From sequence record MH221129.1: 64,000 nt of DNA; one strand, written 5' to 3'. Each line of letters begins with the position of its first letter. Positions within the stretch are counted from its first letter, which is position 1. Below are positions 1 to 8,312 of the stretch, piece by piece. The notes below the pieces were generated by a model, which saw only the letters and a program-made list of their open reading frames with translations, was not told the DNA's origin and searched no databases. The translations under genes and the position numbers were made by a program.

Positions 1-1706
1 TGTACCAGACCCTGACGGGCGTTGATGAGCGCATCTTTGGTATCCAGAGACTGGATCACTTTGTCAACTTCGTAGTCGCTTTCGTTGAACCACGGAGCAA
101 CCCAGTGACGACCCAGACCACGGATAGCCGGTTTATCCCACGGAGTGATCATGGACGCAGCTGCGTTCTTAACCGCTTCGGTGTAGGACAGAGTCTGAGT
201 GATGGCCAGCATTTCGTTACGGATGTTAACCGCAGAAACCAGGTCGTCCAGACGTTCGGTGTCATCATACTCAACACCAACCGGAGATTTGGTCATGATC
301 GGAGAACCGTACTGCAGTTTGTAGTTCTCTTGTTCCCAAATCGGGTCGAGCAGCAGGCCCTGAGTACGACGGTTCTCGTTGGTACGAGTACCATCGAAGC
401 GCCAGCCCAGCAGTTCGATTTTCAGGTTGTCGATGATAACTTTACCGGTACCGGTGGTGATATCAACAGAAGAACCAGCTGCATCGTAGATACCTTCGAT
501 ATCCAGACGCGCACCAGAGATGTCAACACGACCAGAGTTCTGACCGTTGGTGAACAGGCTCATGGAGATGTTCATGGTGTAACGAACGGTGTAATCGTTC
601 TGAGCCAGAGCGGCCAGTGCTGGGATTGCAGCACCTTTCCAGTCCAGGGACTTGGAGTTCAGAGAGAACACAGTACGACGGAACTGGAGCACCAGCTCGC
701 GGCCGTCACCTTCAGGAGGACGCTGGAAGGTAGCGAACTGCATGTCGCGTACGTTCAGTTTGATCAGCGCGCCATCTTTCGCATCTTCGGTCGGCTTACG
801 GACAGAAATCAGCAGGCTGCCCAGAGCGGCACCCGGCGCGATTTCGTCAGTTTCGTCGTAGCCTTCCTGCACGATGCCAGGGTGAGCAGACAGTTGGAAC
901 AGGTTCAGACGTTCTTCAGCGAAGGTCAGGTAGTTGGTCGGGTAAGAAGGCACACGACCCAGCTGAACCATTTCGTTTTCGATGATGTCTTCACCGATGA
1001 AGTATTTGCTGTTCTCGCCGGTTTCCATCACATACGGAACGATGCGGATTGCATCATCCTGCAGCACTTTGTGGTTGGACAGCGCGTTGTGCAGCGGCTG
1101 ACGGTTGTCAGTGACAACGTCTTTGGTCAGCAGCGCGTTCAGAATACCACGAGTTACAGTAGTAACTTTGGTACGAACGGTAATACCAACATCGTTGGTG
1201 TCAACGGTGATGGTTGGGAACAGGGTTTCGGCGAACTTGGATTGAGTTTCCAGTGCGCGCACGTTCAGAGTCCAGGTCAGACCCAGGTTTTTGTCCAGGT
1301 CTTTGTTGGTGTAGTATTCGGTTGCGACCAGCGGAGTTTTACCGTAGTCAGCAGCCAGAGTAGCTGCACCAGAAATAGCGATCGGCATGAAGCTGTCGTA
1401 TTTCGGGTTGTTGCTTTCAGTCGCAACGCGGGACATGAACTCTTCTTCGTGACCAGCAGCGCCGAGGATCATTGCCGAAGCAACCTGAGCAGCACGGCTC
1501 ATGGTTTTGCCAGGGAAGGCAGCTTCGTAGTGAGTCTGAGCGGCATCTTTCAGATTACTGAAAGCGGTGTTGTTTTTACGAACAGACTCGCCGGCAACAA
1601 CGGTTGCCCATACGTCGTTTGCGTGAGTACCAGCCTTGGTGGCGGCAACCAGCGCATTGCCCTGCTGGACCAAAGTCTCCAGGTTAGCGATTCGGGTATC
1701 TTTCAT
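1..1706 (-). CDS. Major capsid protein (phiKZ gp120 / SPN3US gp75-like), 5' part; runs off the left edge
   Basis: Missing from the ORF track because it is truncated. Hand translation from ATG 1706: MKDTRIANLETLVQQGNALVAATKAG...GKTPLVATE/YYTNKDLDKNLGLTWTLNV, open to base 1. ATE at residue 130 fits the AxE prohead-protease site. Strong codon bias, SD AAGGT, ATGA overlap with the upstream gene, and synteny with the DnaB helicase. Confidence 0.9.
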   Translation of the reverse strand, partial: MKDTRIANLETLVQQGNALVAATKAGTHANDVWATVVAGESVRKNNTAFSNLKDAAQTHYEAAFPGKTMSRAAQVASAMILGAAGHEEEFMSRVATESNNPKYDSFMPIAISGAATLAADYGKTPLVATEYYTNKDLDKNLGLTWTLNVRALETQSKFAETLFPTITVDTNDVGITVRTKVTTVTRGILNALLTKDVVTDNRQPLHNALSNHKVLQDDAIRIVPYVMETGENSKYFIGEDIIENEMVQLGRVPSYPTNYLTFAEERLNLFQLSAHPGIVQEGYDETDEIAPGAALGSLLISVRKPTEDAKDGALIKLNVRDMQFATFQRPPEGDGRELVLQFRRTVFSLNSKSLDWKGAAIPALAALAQNDYTVRYTMNISMSLFTNGQNSGRVDISGARLDIEGIYDAAGSSVDITTGTGKVIIDNLKIELLGWRFDGTRTNENRRTQGLLLDPIWEQENYKLQYGSPIMTKSPVGVEYDDTERLDDLVSAVNIRNEMLAITQTLSYTEAVKNAAASMITPWDKPAIRGLGRHWVAPWFNESDYEVDKVIQSLDTKDALINARQGLV

Positions 1707-2245
1707 TTCAAGTTTACCTTATTAAGTAAATGACATGCGTATAACTGCGTCAGCACTTCATGGGCAGCAAACTGCGTAGACGTGCTGAACGTATCATCCA
1801 CGACGCGAGTCTTGGTACGCATATATTTAAAAAGTTCTGCGCAGAACATCTTTTGTGCCGCGTGGTCCTCACTCAGGGTGAATCCCGGCTGGCCCGGTTT
1901 CGCTTCCGCGAATGATGCCACTATGACATCGCCCCGTTGCGAAAACACCCAACGTAGACGACCGTCGAATGATTCCCCATATAAATCACAGAGAGAATCC
2001 TTCGTACCACTCTCAACCAGGTTTAGCACCTGGTCATAATATTTAGCAGGAAGCACCGGCGGAGCCATAAACGCTTTGTAAACGGCAATCGGATTGCTTT
2101 CCGGCAGAATGATGGAACTAAATCCTTGTGAGCAGTCATATAACCAGTTGAAGAAGCTTGCCTGGAGTAATTCCAACTTTTTAACGCCAGCTGCTTTATC
2201 TATGTTAGATTGAACTTCCCACGGTGGACTAAAACGAATCTGCAT
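1703..2245 (-). CDS. Conserved protein upstream of the MCP (phiKZ gp119-like)
   Basis: ORF 1703..2314; ATG 2245 preferred (GGAG 9 nt upstream). Stop overlaps the MCP ATG. Assignment by synteny. Confidence 0.7.
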   Translation of the reverse strand: MQIRFSPPWEVQSNIDKAAGVKKLELLQASFFNWLYDCSQGFSSIILPESNPIAVYKAFMAPPVLPAKYYDQVLNLVESGTKDSLCDLYGESFDGRLRWVFSQRGDVIVASFAEAKPGQPGFTLSEDHAAQKMFCAELFKYMRTKTRVVDDTFSTSTQFAAHEVLTQLYACHLLNKVNLK

Positions 2246-2259
2246 TTTAAGGATGCTCC

Positions 2260-3825
2260 ATGAATAGTAAAATGATGTTGATAACAGCCTTGGCCGCTCT
2301 CTACACAGAGTCACTCATGACTGACCCTGGTAAGGATCATGAAGTCATAAGAAAAGTGCTGTTACAGATCAAGCTCCCTGAATACGCGGAAGACGGCGAG
2401 GAGCGCTTTGCCCTCATCGAAATCAAGGATATTATCACATCCATCATAGACGGCGGCATGGATTACGACCACTCAAGCGTTATGAAACGTTTGAAGCTGG
2501 CAACCACTCAGGTACGTCCTCTATACGATACGATTACCAAATTCCTTGAGGATGATATTCCTGAGGAAGAAGACAAACGTAGTGAGCATCTCAACCGACA
2601 GCTGTCCCAATACTATTTCCAGTTACGCCAATGTATTCAGAGCGTGGAACTGAAAAACAAAATGGGTCGTGCGTTCGGTGTATTGAACGGGACGGAAACG
2701 CGAGTTGACTTGAACACCGCGGTGCTCGAACTCAAAGATGCGCTTTCCACGTTCGGCGAACGCTCTCATAATAAGATTCCATCACTCGTTGGTGAACTGG
2801 TAACGGATAACCGTGCACCGTTTATCAAGGTGTTCGACTCAATTAATAAGAAAGCAGCTGGTAATGGTTTACAGACGGGCTGGAAAGCCATTAACCAAAT
2901 GCTGGGTTGTAACAAAGGGATTACCGAAGAACTGTGGTTAATGCCCGCCTTACCGTTCAACTGTAAATCGTTGTTTAGTTTGCTGCTCTCTTTGTCGATT
3001 CCTATTTTCAACACGCCTGAGAAAGTCATGGCGGACGTGAAGGGTACACTGCAACCGATTATTCTAGACTTGAGTTTGGAGAACGAACTCGACGTCAACC
3101 TGGCATACGGTTATCAAGCGTTATACGGTCACTTCGAAGGTAAGGTACCGAACATGGTACTGCCGGAGAACGCAACAGTCGAAGAGAAGATTCTTCACAC
3201 GACGTCCATGTCTGACTATCTGTGTGACAAGATTCGTGCGAACGGCTGGGAGTACATGTTCCAAAAGCACACCAACACCGATTTTAAAGTGCATTACATC
3301 AACGACCTGATTAACGACCTGCGTGTTCGCGGTTATCATGTCGTGGGTATTCGTGCCGACTATTTAGGCACCATTAGTAAAGCTGGGCACGGCAACGGGA
3401 TTGCTGGTAGTGACATCAAAGAAATTTATCGTATCGCTCGTAACATTCAAGTGGTACGTAACCACGGCTTCTTGATTGCTCCGCATCAGATTTCTCCTGA
3501 AGGGAAACGTCTGAAGGCGCTTGACCCAATCGGCTTCTGTAAGAACTTGCCGGGTCGTGGTTTGTACGACAGCTGTTCCAGCCTCGATAACGAAGCTGAC
3601 GGCGAAATGTATTTCAACAAACGTGTTGTCAATGGTCATAGCTTCTTAGAAGTTCAACGCGGCAAACACCGCACCATTATTGATACCAAAGAGTCTCATC
3701 ACTACACAGTGATACCTTTCCAGGATGTTGGCATCCTGCCTTGGGATTGTGATAAAGAAGAAACCGTAACTGCGTCGTCTATCAACTTCTTCACCGGCGG
3801 AATGGGTGATGATTTGTTTGCGTAA
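2260..3825 (+). CDS. dnaB: DnaB-like replicative helicase (phiKZ gp118-like)
   Basis: 521 aa. TGWKAINQMLG, Walker A-like ALPFNCKS, Walker B ADYLG, HQIS and arginine-finger RGKHR. SD AAGGA. Confidence 0.85.
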   Translation: MNSKMMLITALAALYTESLMTDPGKDHEVIRKVLLQIKLPEYAEDGEERFALIEIKDIITSIIDGGMDYDHSSVMKRLKLATTQVRPLYDTITKFLEDDIPEEEDKRSEHLNRQLSQYYFQLRQCIQSVELKNKMGRAFGVLNGTETRVDLNTAVLELKDALSTFGERSHNKIPSLVGELVTDNRAPFIKVFDSINKKAAGNGLQTGWKAINQMLGCNKGITEELWLMPALPFNCKSLFSLLLSLSIPIFNTPEKVMADVKGTLQPIILDLSLENELDVNLAYGYQALYGHFEGKVPNMVLPENATVEEKILHTTSMSDYLCDKIRANGWEYMFQKHTNTDFKVHYINDLINDLRVRGYHVVGIRADYLGTISKAGHGNGIAGSDIKEIYRIARNIQVVRNHGFLIAPHQISPEGKRLKALDPIGFCKNLPGRGLYDSCSSLDNEADGEMYFNKRVVNGHSFLEVQRGKHRTIIDTKESHHYTVIPFQDVGILPWDCDKEETVTASSINFFTGGMGDDLFA

Positions 3826-3956
3826 AATACGCCTGGGGAGCTAAGGCTCCCCTACGGGGAGTTTATGCGTGGTGCCGAGATCAAAAAAAATACATGGGCG
3901 CATTTATATGCATGGAAGTACCTGAGTGTTACAGCACTCAGGTACGATTATTCCTG

Positions 3957-4103
3957 TTATCTCTTGTTGAAAATGATATCACCTCCTAATCCTTTGATGC
4001 GACGAACAGTATTCTGCTTGGGGGCAGTCAACTGTTGTACACGTTGGTTGAATTGGATTCGCTTAACTTGGCTGTTAAGCAGGTGACTACGTAAGGCGTT
4101 CAT
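3957..4103 (-). CDS. Small basic hypothetical peptide (48 aa)
   Basis: ATG 4103 with GAGG upstream; MNALRSHLLNSQVKRIQFNQRVQQL... Confidence 0.4.
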   Translation of the reverse strand: MNALRSHLLNSQVKRIQFNQRVQQLTAPKQNTVRRIKGLGGDIIFNKR

Positions 4104-4130
4104 ATTGACCTCAGTGGTTAGTGTGGATAA

Positions 4131-4165
4131 GCTCTCTCCTTCGGGAGAGAGCACCTTTTTATTTT
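4131..4165 (+). terminator. Intrinsic terminator (helicase transcript)
   Basis: GCTCTCTCC-TTCG-GGAGAGAGC followed by ACCTTTTTATTTT. Confidence 0.8.
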
Positions 4166-4172
4166 CTTTGGG

Positions 4173-4211
4173 AAAATAAATAAGACTCCCTCCTACCCGA
4201 AGGTAAGAGGG
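4173..4211 (-). terminator. Intrinsic terminator of early island 1
   Basis: Minus strand CCCTCTTACC-TTCG-GGTAGGAGGG then TCTTATTTATTTT, just after the 4218 stop. Confidence 0.7.
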
Positions 4212-4217
4212 TTACTA

Positions 4218-5078
4218 TCACGGCTTATAATCAACCTTGTTGATTTTACCGCAACTGTTACAGCTAATGTTCAATTCGTAAGCATTGTTACGGAACATGC
4301 GCGGGACTTCTGATACTTGATGGTGGTCGCAGGACGAGCAAGTCCACTCAACAACTGGAGAATTTAACTTCGTTGTCTTCGGACCTTCTTCTTTCAGTAA
4401 GTCAACTATGGCGTGCAGTTTGCGGAGTTCCGCGTTAACTTGTTCTTCCCAGTCCGCATCCAGTCGCACGGTCAGCCAACGCTGAATTTTCTGACCACGG
4501 CCGTCTGGGTTCTCGTCTTCGTGAGACATTACAAACTTGAGATTAGCTCGACCCCACTGCACCACGTTCTCTATCTTAACACCGCCTACAGTGTCGCTGA
4601 TGGGCGTGTAATTAAACGTTGGGTACGTGAGGTAACATGCCTCGGCCATTGCAAAGACCGTATTGCCTTCGAACAGCGCCATCGCTTCGTCCCCGCGGGC
4701 GTCTTTCTGCGCCGCTTCTAAACGCCCACACTGGAATCCTTCAAGCGCTTGAATCTGTGTGGTCATCGCGTTGATGCCCTGGAGTATCGCAATACGCTTC
4801 TTGCTGTCGAGCACGGTTGCCATTACTTTACACAGAGCGCGCGATATCGCGCTGTACATCGAAGTGCAACGATCTTCATCGAGGAAGCGTTCTTGCTGTT
4901 CCAGATCGTAGGAAGACAGACCGTAGCTTTGTCCCTCAACCAGCACAACATACGTACGACGTTTCTCTTGGTCCATCTGGATAATAGAGGCGTCGGTAAG
5001 CTGGTCGGATGCCAATACAGAGTGACCCGTTAATAGTGGGAAGTTAACGCCTTTAATAAAGTCTTTAATGCTATACAT
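4218..5078 (-). CDS. Hypothetical protein with C-terminal zinc ribbon
   Basis: 286 aa; CSSC...CNSC at the C-terminus; SD TAAGGA. Confidence 0.75.
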   Translation of the reverse strand: MYSIKDFIKGVNFPLLTGHSVLASDQLTDASIIQMDQEKRRTYVVLVEGQSYGLSSYDLEQQERFLDEDRCTSMYSAISRALCKVMATVLDSKKRIAILQGINAMTTQIQALEGFQCGRLEAAQKDARGDEAMALFEGNTVFAMAEACYLTYPTFNYTPISDTVGGVKIENVVQWGRANLKFVMSHEDENPDGRGQKIQRWLTVRLDADWEEQVNAELRKLHAIVDLLKEEGPKTTKLNSPVVEWTCSSCDHHQVSEVPRMFRNNAYELNISCNSCGKINKVDYKP

Positions 5079-5080
5079 GA

Positions 5081-5497
5081 TTAGTCCTTAAGGGAGTTGA
5101 TAAAATCGTCCAGAGAAATATCACGGAAGGGGAAATATACACCTTCCAACGGGATGGTGATGCGCGCACTGATAGCCGCTTGCCAATCACGTACGCTGGC
5201 AGGGATATTAACAATGTCGAAATTTGGATGGTCTAACGGTGGGATAGCGTTGTATACGTAACCGTTGATGGTCTTGGACGGGAACGCGGTGCGAAACTTC
5301 GGTTCGTTGTAGAAGACTTCTTCTTTTTCCTCCTGGCCATCCCAGAAGTTATAGCCACCCTTGCCGTCAGGAATATAAACCGCTTTGTCGCGTGGCAGTG
5401 GCGTCCCTTTAGGAAGGGGTACGAATCGTGCGTACTGGTCAAGAACCATCCAGTCACTGTCGCTTTTCAGGTACTTCTGGAGCTTTTCGTTTATCAT
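5081..5497 (-). CDS. Hypothetical protein
   Basis: 138 aa, SD TAAGGA, tightly packed with neighbours. Confidence 0.7.
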   Translation of the reverse strand: MINEKLQKYLKSDSDWMVLDQYARFVPLPKGTPLPRDKAVYIPDGKGGYNFWDGQEEKEEVFYNEPKFRTAFPSKTINGYVYNAIPPLDHPNFDIVNIPASVRDWQAAISARITIPLEGVYFPFRDISLDDFINSLKD

Positions 5498-5514
5498 TGT
5501 AATAATCCTTAGGC

Positions 5515-5540
5515 AAAAAATAAAGCCACCCGAAGGTGGC
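5515..5540 (-). terminator. Intrinsic terminator within early island 1
   Basis: GCCACC-TTCG-GGTGGC-TTTATTTTTT. Confidence 0.8.
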
Positions 5541-5546
5541 GTTAAA

Positions 5547-5831
5547 TTATTTCTTCGCAGTGCGTGCGATAAGACCGCACATCACATTGCGATAGCGAGC
5601 GACTGATTTATCGGCTCGTGTTTCTTTCTTTAACGGCCAGACGTTACCGTCAAAGTCGGCGTTCATGCCTTTGATAACTTTCACAGATGAACCATCTACA
5701 AAGTCACCGCCGAGTACCAACTTACGGGGGCACAGTTCCTTCAAATCACGTTTGTTACCCAGCTCGTCAATAAAGAACCCAGTTGTACGCTCGTCTTTAT
5801 TCGGGTTCGAAAAGTGAATATCGGTTTGCAT
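5547..5831 (-). CDS. Hypothetical protein
   Basis: 94 aa, TAATG overlap with the upstream ORF. Confidence 0.65.
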   Translation of the reverse strand: MQTDIHFSNPNKDERTTGFFIDELGNKRDLKELCPRKLVLGGDFVDGSSVKVIKGMNADFDGNVWPLKKETRADKSVARYRNVMCGLIARTAKK

Positions 5832-6019
5832 TATTTTTTCCTCAGTTCACCACGGAATTTAGCCAGTTCTTCTTTCCAGTCAGGGACCGGAATAACTGAC
5901 TTCGGCCCAACGACAAGTGTACGTGCTCCGGTCTGCTTATCAATCTCAACAGATTCGTTCGCTTCTAACTCGCGAAGCACAACGCCTTTCTTGCCATCAT
6001 CACTGATAAGGATGCCCAT
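5831..6019 (-). CDS. Hypothetical protein
   Basis: 62 aa, translational-coupling overlaps on both sides. Confidence 0.6.
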   Translation of the reverse strand: MGILISDDGKKGVVLRELEANESVEIDKQTGARTLVVGPKSVIPVPDWKEELAKFRGELRKK

Positions 6020-6204
6020 TAGTAAGTCTCCTGTTGCATTGGGTAAACATTGCCCGTCGGAGAGACGAGCATCACTTGTGCGGTAACATGAATAATTTCA
6101 TCGTCGTCTTGACGATGACGTGTGCCGTTGGTCAGATTATCCCACTCGCGCTTAACACGCGGGTTGGTCAGGAATTCTGCGAAAACGTTATCAGAGAAAT
6201 CCAT
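6019..6204 (-). CDS. Hypothetical protein
   Basis: MDFSDNVFAEF..., 61 aa. ATG 6204 overlaps the TAA of the upstream small ORF. Confidence 0.6.
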   Translation of the reverse strand: MDFSDNVFAEFLTNPRVKREWDNLTNGTRHRQDDDEIIHVTAQVMLVSPTGNVYPMQQETY

Positions 6205-6347
6205 TAGCCGCGACCTGTGCACTGTGCTACGGAATTGCCGTTGTCAACGCATTTGTTGTAATCTTTGGTTACGGTGATGGACAGTACAGCGAAAGCAACA
6301 ACAGCGATGATTGCAATGATGGCGCGTTTATGATTACGAGTTAACAT
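6204..6347 (-). CDS. Small membrane protein (47 aa), absent from the ORF track
   Basis: Hand-translated MLTRNHKRAIIAIIAVVAFAVLSITVTKDYNKCVDNGNSVAQCTGRG. SD TAAGGAG, one TM helix and a Cys pair. Confidence 0.7.
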   Translation of the reverse strand: MLTRNHKRAIIAIIAVVAFAVLSITVTKDYNKCVDNGNSVAQCTGRG

Positions 6348-6386
6348 GGTAAAGCTCCTTAGGATAATGGTCGAATATGTTACAGA

Positions 6387-6821
6387 TTATTTATCAGTGT
6401 AGCGCGATTTAATAGATTTGAACTGATCGGCGATAAAATCTCGCGTCTCCTCGGAATAAAGCTTTTGAGTGTCTATACTGGACTGGAATCTTTCGATGTA
6501 TTCATCAACCATCCCATGAAGGGTAGGTGCGGTCAAAGGACGACCCGCCACTTCTTCGGAATAAAAGATTTGCATCCGCTTTTGATCTTTCTTTGCTGCC
6601 GCGAGTTGTTCTTCGGGCGTGGTCCGCGCGGACCAGTAGAACGCCCCTACACTTTCGATTTCCTCGAACGCTTTTTCACGGTACATCGCGACCGCATTTT
6701 TGAAACGTTCGATGTAGTTATCGTCTGTGAGGAACGTCGTTTCGGGTGTGTCACACAAGACCAAAATGATTTCTGGATTTTGACGAATAGATTCTTTTAC
6801 GTTGTCGGTGATAGTAATCAT
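6387..6821 (-). CDS. Hypothetical early protein
   Basis: 144 aa, SD TAAGGAG, first gene after the early promoter at 6881. Confidence 0.75.
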   Translation of the reverse strand: MITITDNVKESIRQNPEIILVLCDTPETTFLTDDNYIERFKNAVAMYREKAFEEIESVGAFYWSARTTPEEQLAAAKKDQKRMQIFYSEEVAGRPLTAPTLHGMVDEYIERFQSSIDTQKLYSEETRDFIADQFKSIKSRYTDK

Positions 6822-6871
6822 GGTAATACTCCTTAAGATAATAGTCGAATGAGTGAGAGTTGATGGTCAAC

Positions 6872-6899
6872 TCTCACCTAGGTAATATATATCTGAAAT
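6872..6899 (-). promoter_or_regulatory. Early (virion RNAP) promoter
   Basis: Minus strand ATTTCAGATATATATTACCTAGGTGAGA contains the phiKZ early consensus TATATTAC and is identical over 28 bp to 17038-17065. Confidence 0.75.
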
Positions 6900-6917
6900 A
6901 ATTTTTAATCGGGGTTT

Positions 6918-7322
6918 CTAAAAGGTTAGCAATCCGTACTTCTCGCGGTGGTATCCTAAGACTGATTGTGCGTGCGAGTAATACTCCACCAGGTCGAGAT
7001 GATTCCCCGTGGTACCGTCCCAGTCGTCGAACAGTTCATCGTGGAAGCCGATACACTTTAACGCCGGATACATCTGTTGGACTGCAGCTAACTGGTTGGC
7101 CCATTCTTGCCAAGTGTGATCACTAACCACGTTGTCGTTAAGGCGATAGTAGATGACCGAATGAATAATCATCTGGCGTCGTCTACGATGGATAAACTCC
7201 TGAATGCGTCGGGCATCAGTTACGGTACCGAGCAGAATACCCTCGTCAACTTCTGAGCTTGCGACGAAGTCGAACGGGGGGAACTTATGATTTGCCGGCT
7301 CTGCCACTTTTCTTTTCTTCAT
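6918..7322 (-). CDS. Stand-alone NAD-dependent DNA ligase domain Ia (Nlig-Ia)-like protein
   Basis: HSVIYYRLNDNVVSDHTWQEW aligns without gaps to E. coli LigA H18-L38 ([21 protein letters not shown]). No adenylation domain. Confidence 0.7.
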   Translation of the reverse strand: MKKRKVAEPANHKFPPFDFVASSEVDEGILLGTVTDARRIQEFIHRRRRQMIIHSVIYYRLNDNVVSDHTWQEWANQLAAVQQMYPALKCIGFHDELFDDWDGTTGNHLDLVEYYSHAQSVLGYHREKYGLLTF

Positions 7323-7431
7323 GCGAATAGCCTCCAGACGCTCTCAAACGCATTCTAAGCGCCTTTTGTAGTTTTACGTATCATTTATCGATTACAAGGA
7401 ATAAAACTGCTGTAAGCAGTCTAACTGCTTT

Positions 7432-7466
7432 AAAATAAAGATACCTGGCCTCACGAGGAGGCCAGG
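7432..7466 (-). terminator. Intrinsic terminator
   Basis: CCTGGCCTC-CTCGT-GAGGCCAGG then TATCTTTATTTT. Confidence 0.7.
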
Positions 7467-7472
7467 CGAGTA

Positions 7473-8270
7473 TTACATCAGATTCAGGCTTTCTGATACC
7501 GCGATTTCAGCATCACTGATACCGCTGGCAATAGACAACGTGAAACGACGGGTGCTGATAATCTCTACTGCTTCGGATGCTTTCAAAGAGAACTTATCAG
7601 CAATCGGCAGAATAGAGTTGTCGTTCAACGGGCCAAGAATCTGCGCCGGGAATGGCACGTATGAGTTAAAGGTGATGTATGGACCAACTTGCATCATCGG
7701 GAACACTTCGTTTACGTTGTTGGACATGCCTTCATCAGAAGACTGTACCGCATAACGCAGACATGCACGCATCGCGATGGTGTAGTCAGTATCGCGCGAC
7801 TCGCCGATCATAGCGAAACGGAACACGTTGAAGATGTGGTCTTCGTTTTCGAAGTGTTCAGGCAGGAAGCGCTGAACGTATTCCGGGTAAGTGGTAACAT
7901 CACCCGGTACGATATTAGCAGCGATTTTCTGTGCCAGGAAGTACGCATTCGCAAAGCCGTACTGTGCGCCAATCGCACCAGAAATCGGTGCAGTGGTCAG
8001 ACAGTGCAGGAACAGGAAGTAACCGAGGCCGCCTTTGTCTTCAATGGCAAAGTCTTTCTTGGCCTGGACACCGTCCTGAGTATAGATGACCGCCACCGTC
8101 TTATCCAGGGAGGATGCCATCACGAAGTCCAGTGACACGTTACCCGTATGCGGAAGCGTCTTCACGATACGGTCAAACAGGTTCACCGGTTTAGAGAAGT
8201 TCTCTTTTTCGTAAGCATCGATATCCAGGACAGTCTGGCCGGTCATGCGAAAGGTATGAATCGCTTTCAT
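7473..8270 (-). CDS. Hypothetical protein
   Basis: About 265 aa; ATG 8270 with AAGGA; biased codon usage. Confidence 0.75.
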   Translation of the reverse strand: MKAIHTFRMTGQTVLDIDAYEKENFSKPVNLFDRIVKTLPHTGNVSLDFVMASSLDKTVAVIYTQDGVQAKKDFAIEDKGGLGYFLFLHCLTTAPISGAIGAQYGFANAYFLAQKIAANIVPGDVTTYPEYVQRFLPEHFENEDHIFNVFRFAMIGESRDTDYTIAMRACLRYAVQSSDEGMSNNVNEVFPMMQVGPYITFNSYVPFPAQILGPLNDNSILPIADKFSLKASEAVEIISTRRFTLSIASGISDAEIAVSESLNLM

Positions 8271-8312
8271 TTGCAATAGTTCCTTAAGGTTTCTTCAGGT
8301 CATACTAGATGA

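Noticed and set aside
105-1733. 542-aa + strand ORF
   Set aside because: Antisense mirror of the major capsid protein, produced by its codon bias; no SD and atypical composition.
7340-7430. Possible sigma70 promoter (TTGTAA...TAAAAC) before the Nlig-Ia gene
   Set aside because: The spacer is 15 nt and the -10 is poor; phiKZ-like phages are largely independent of host RNAP.
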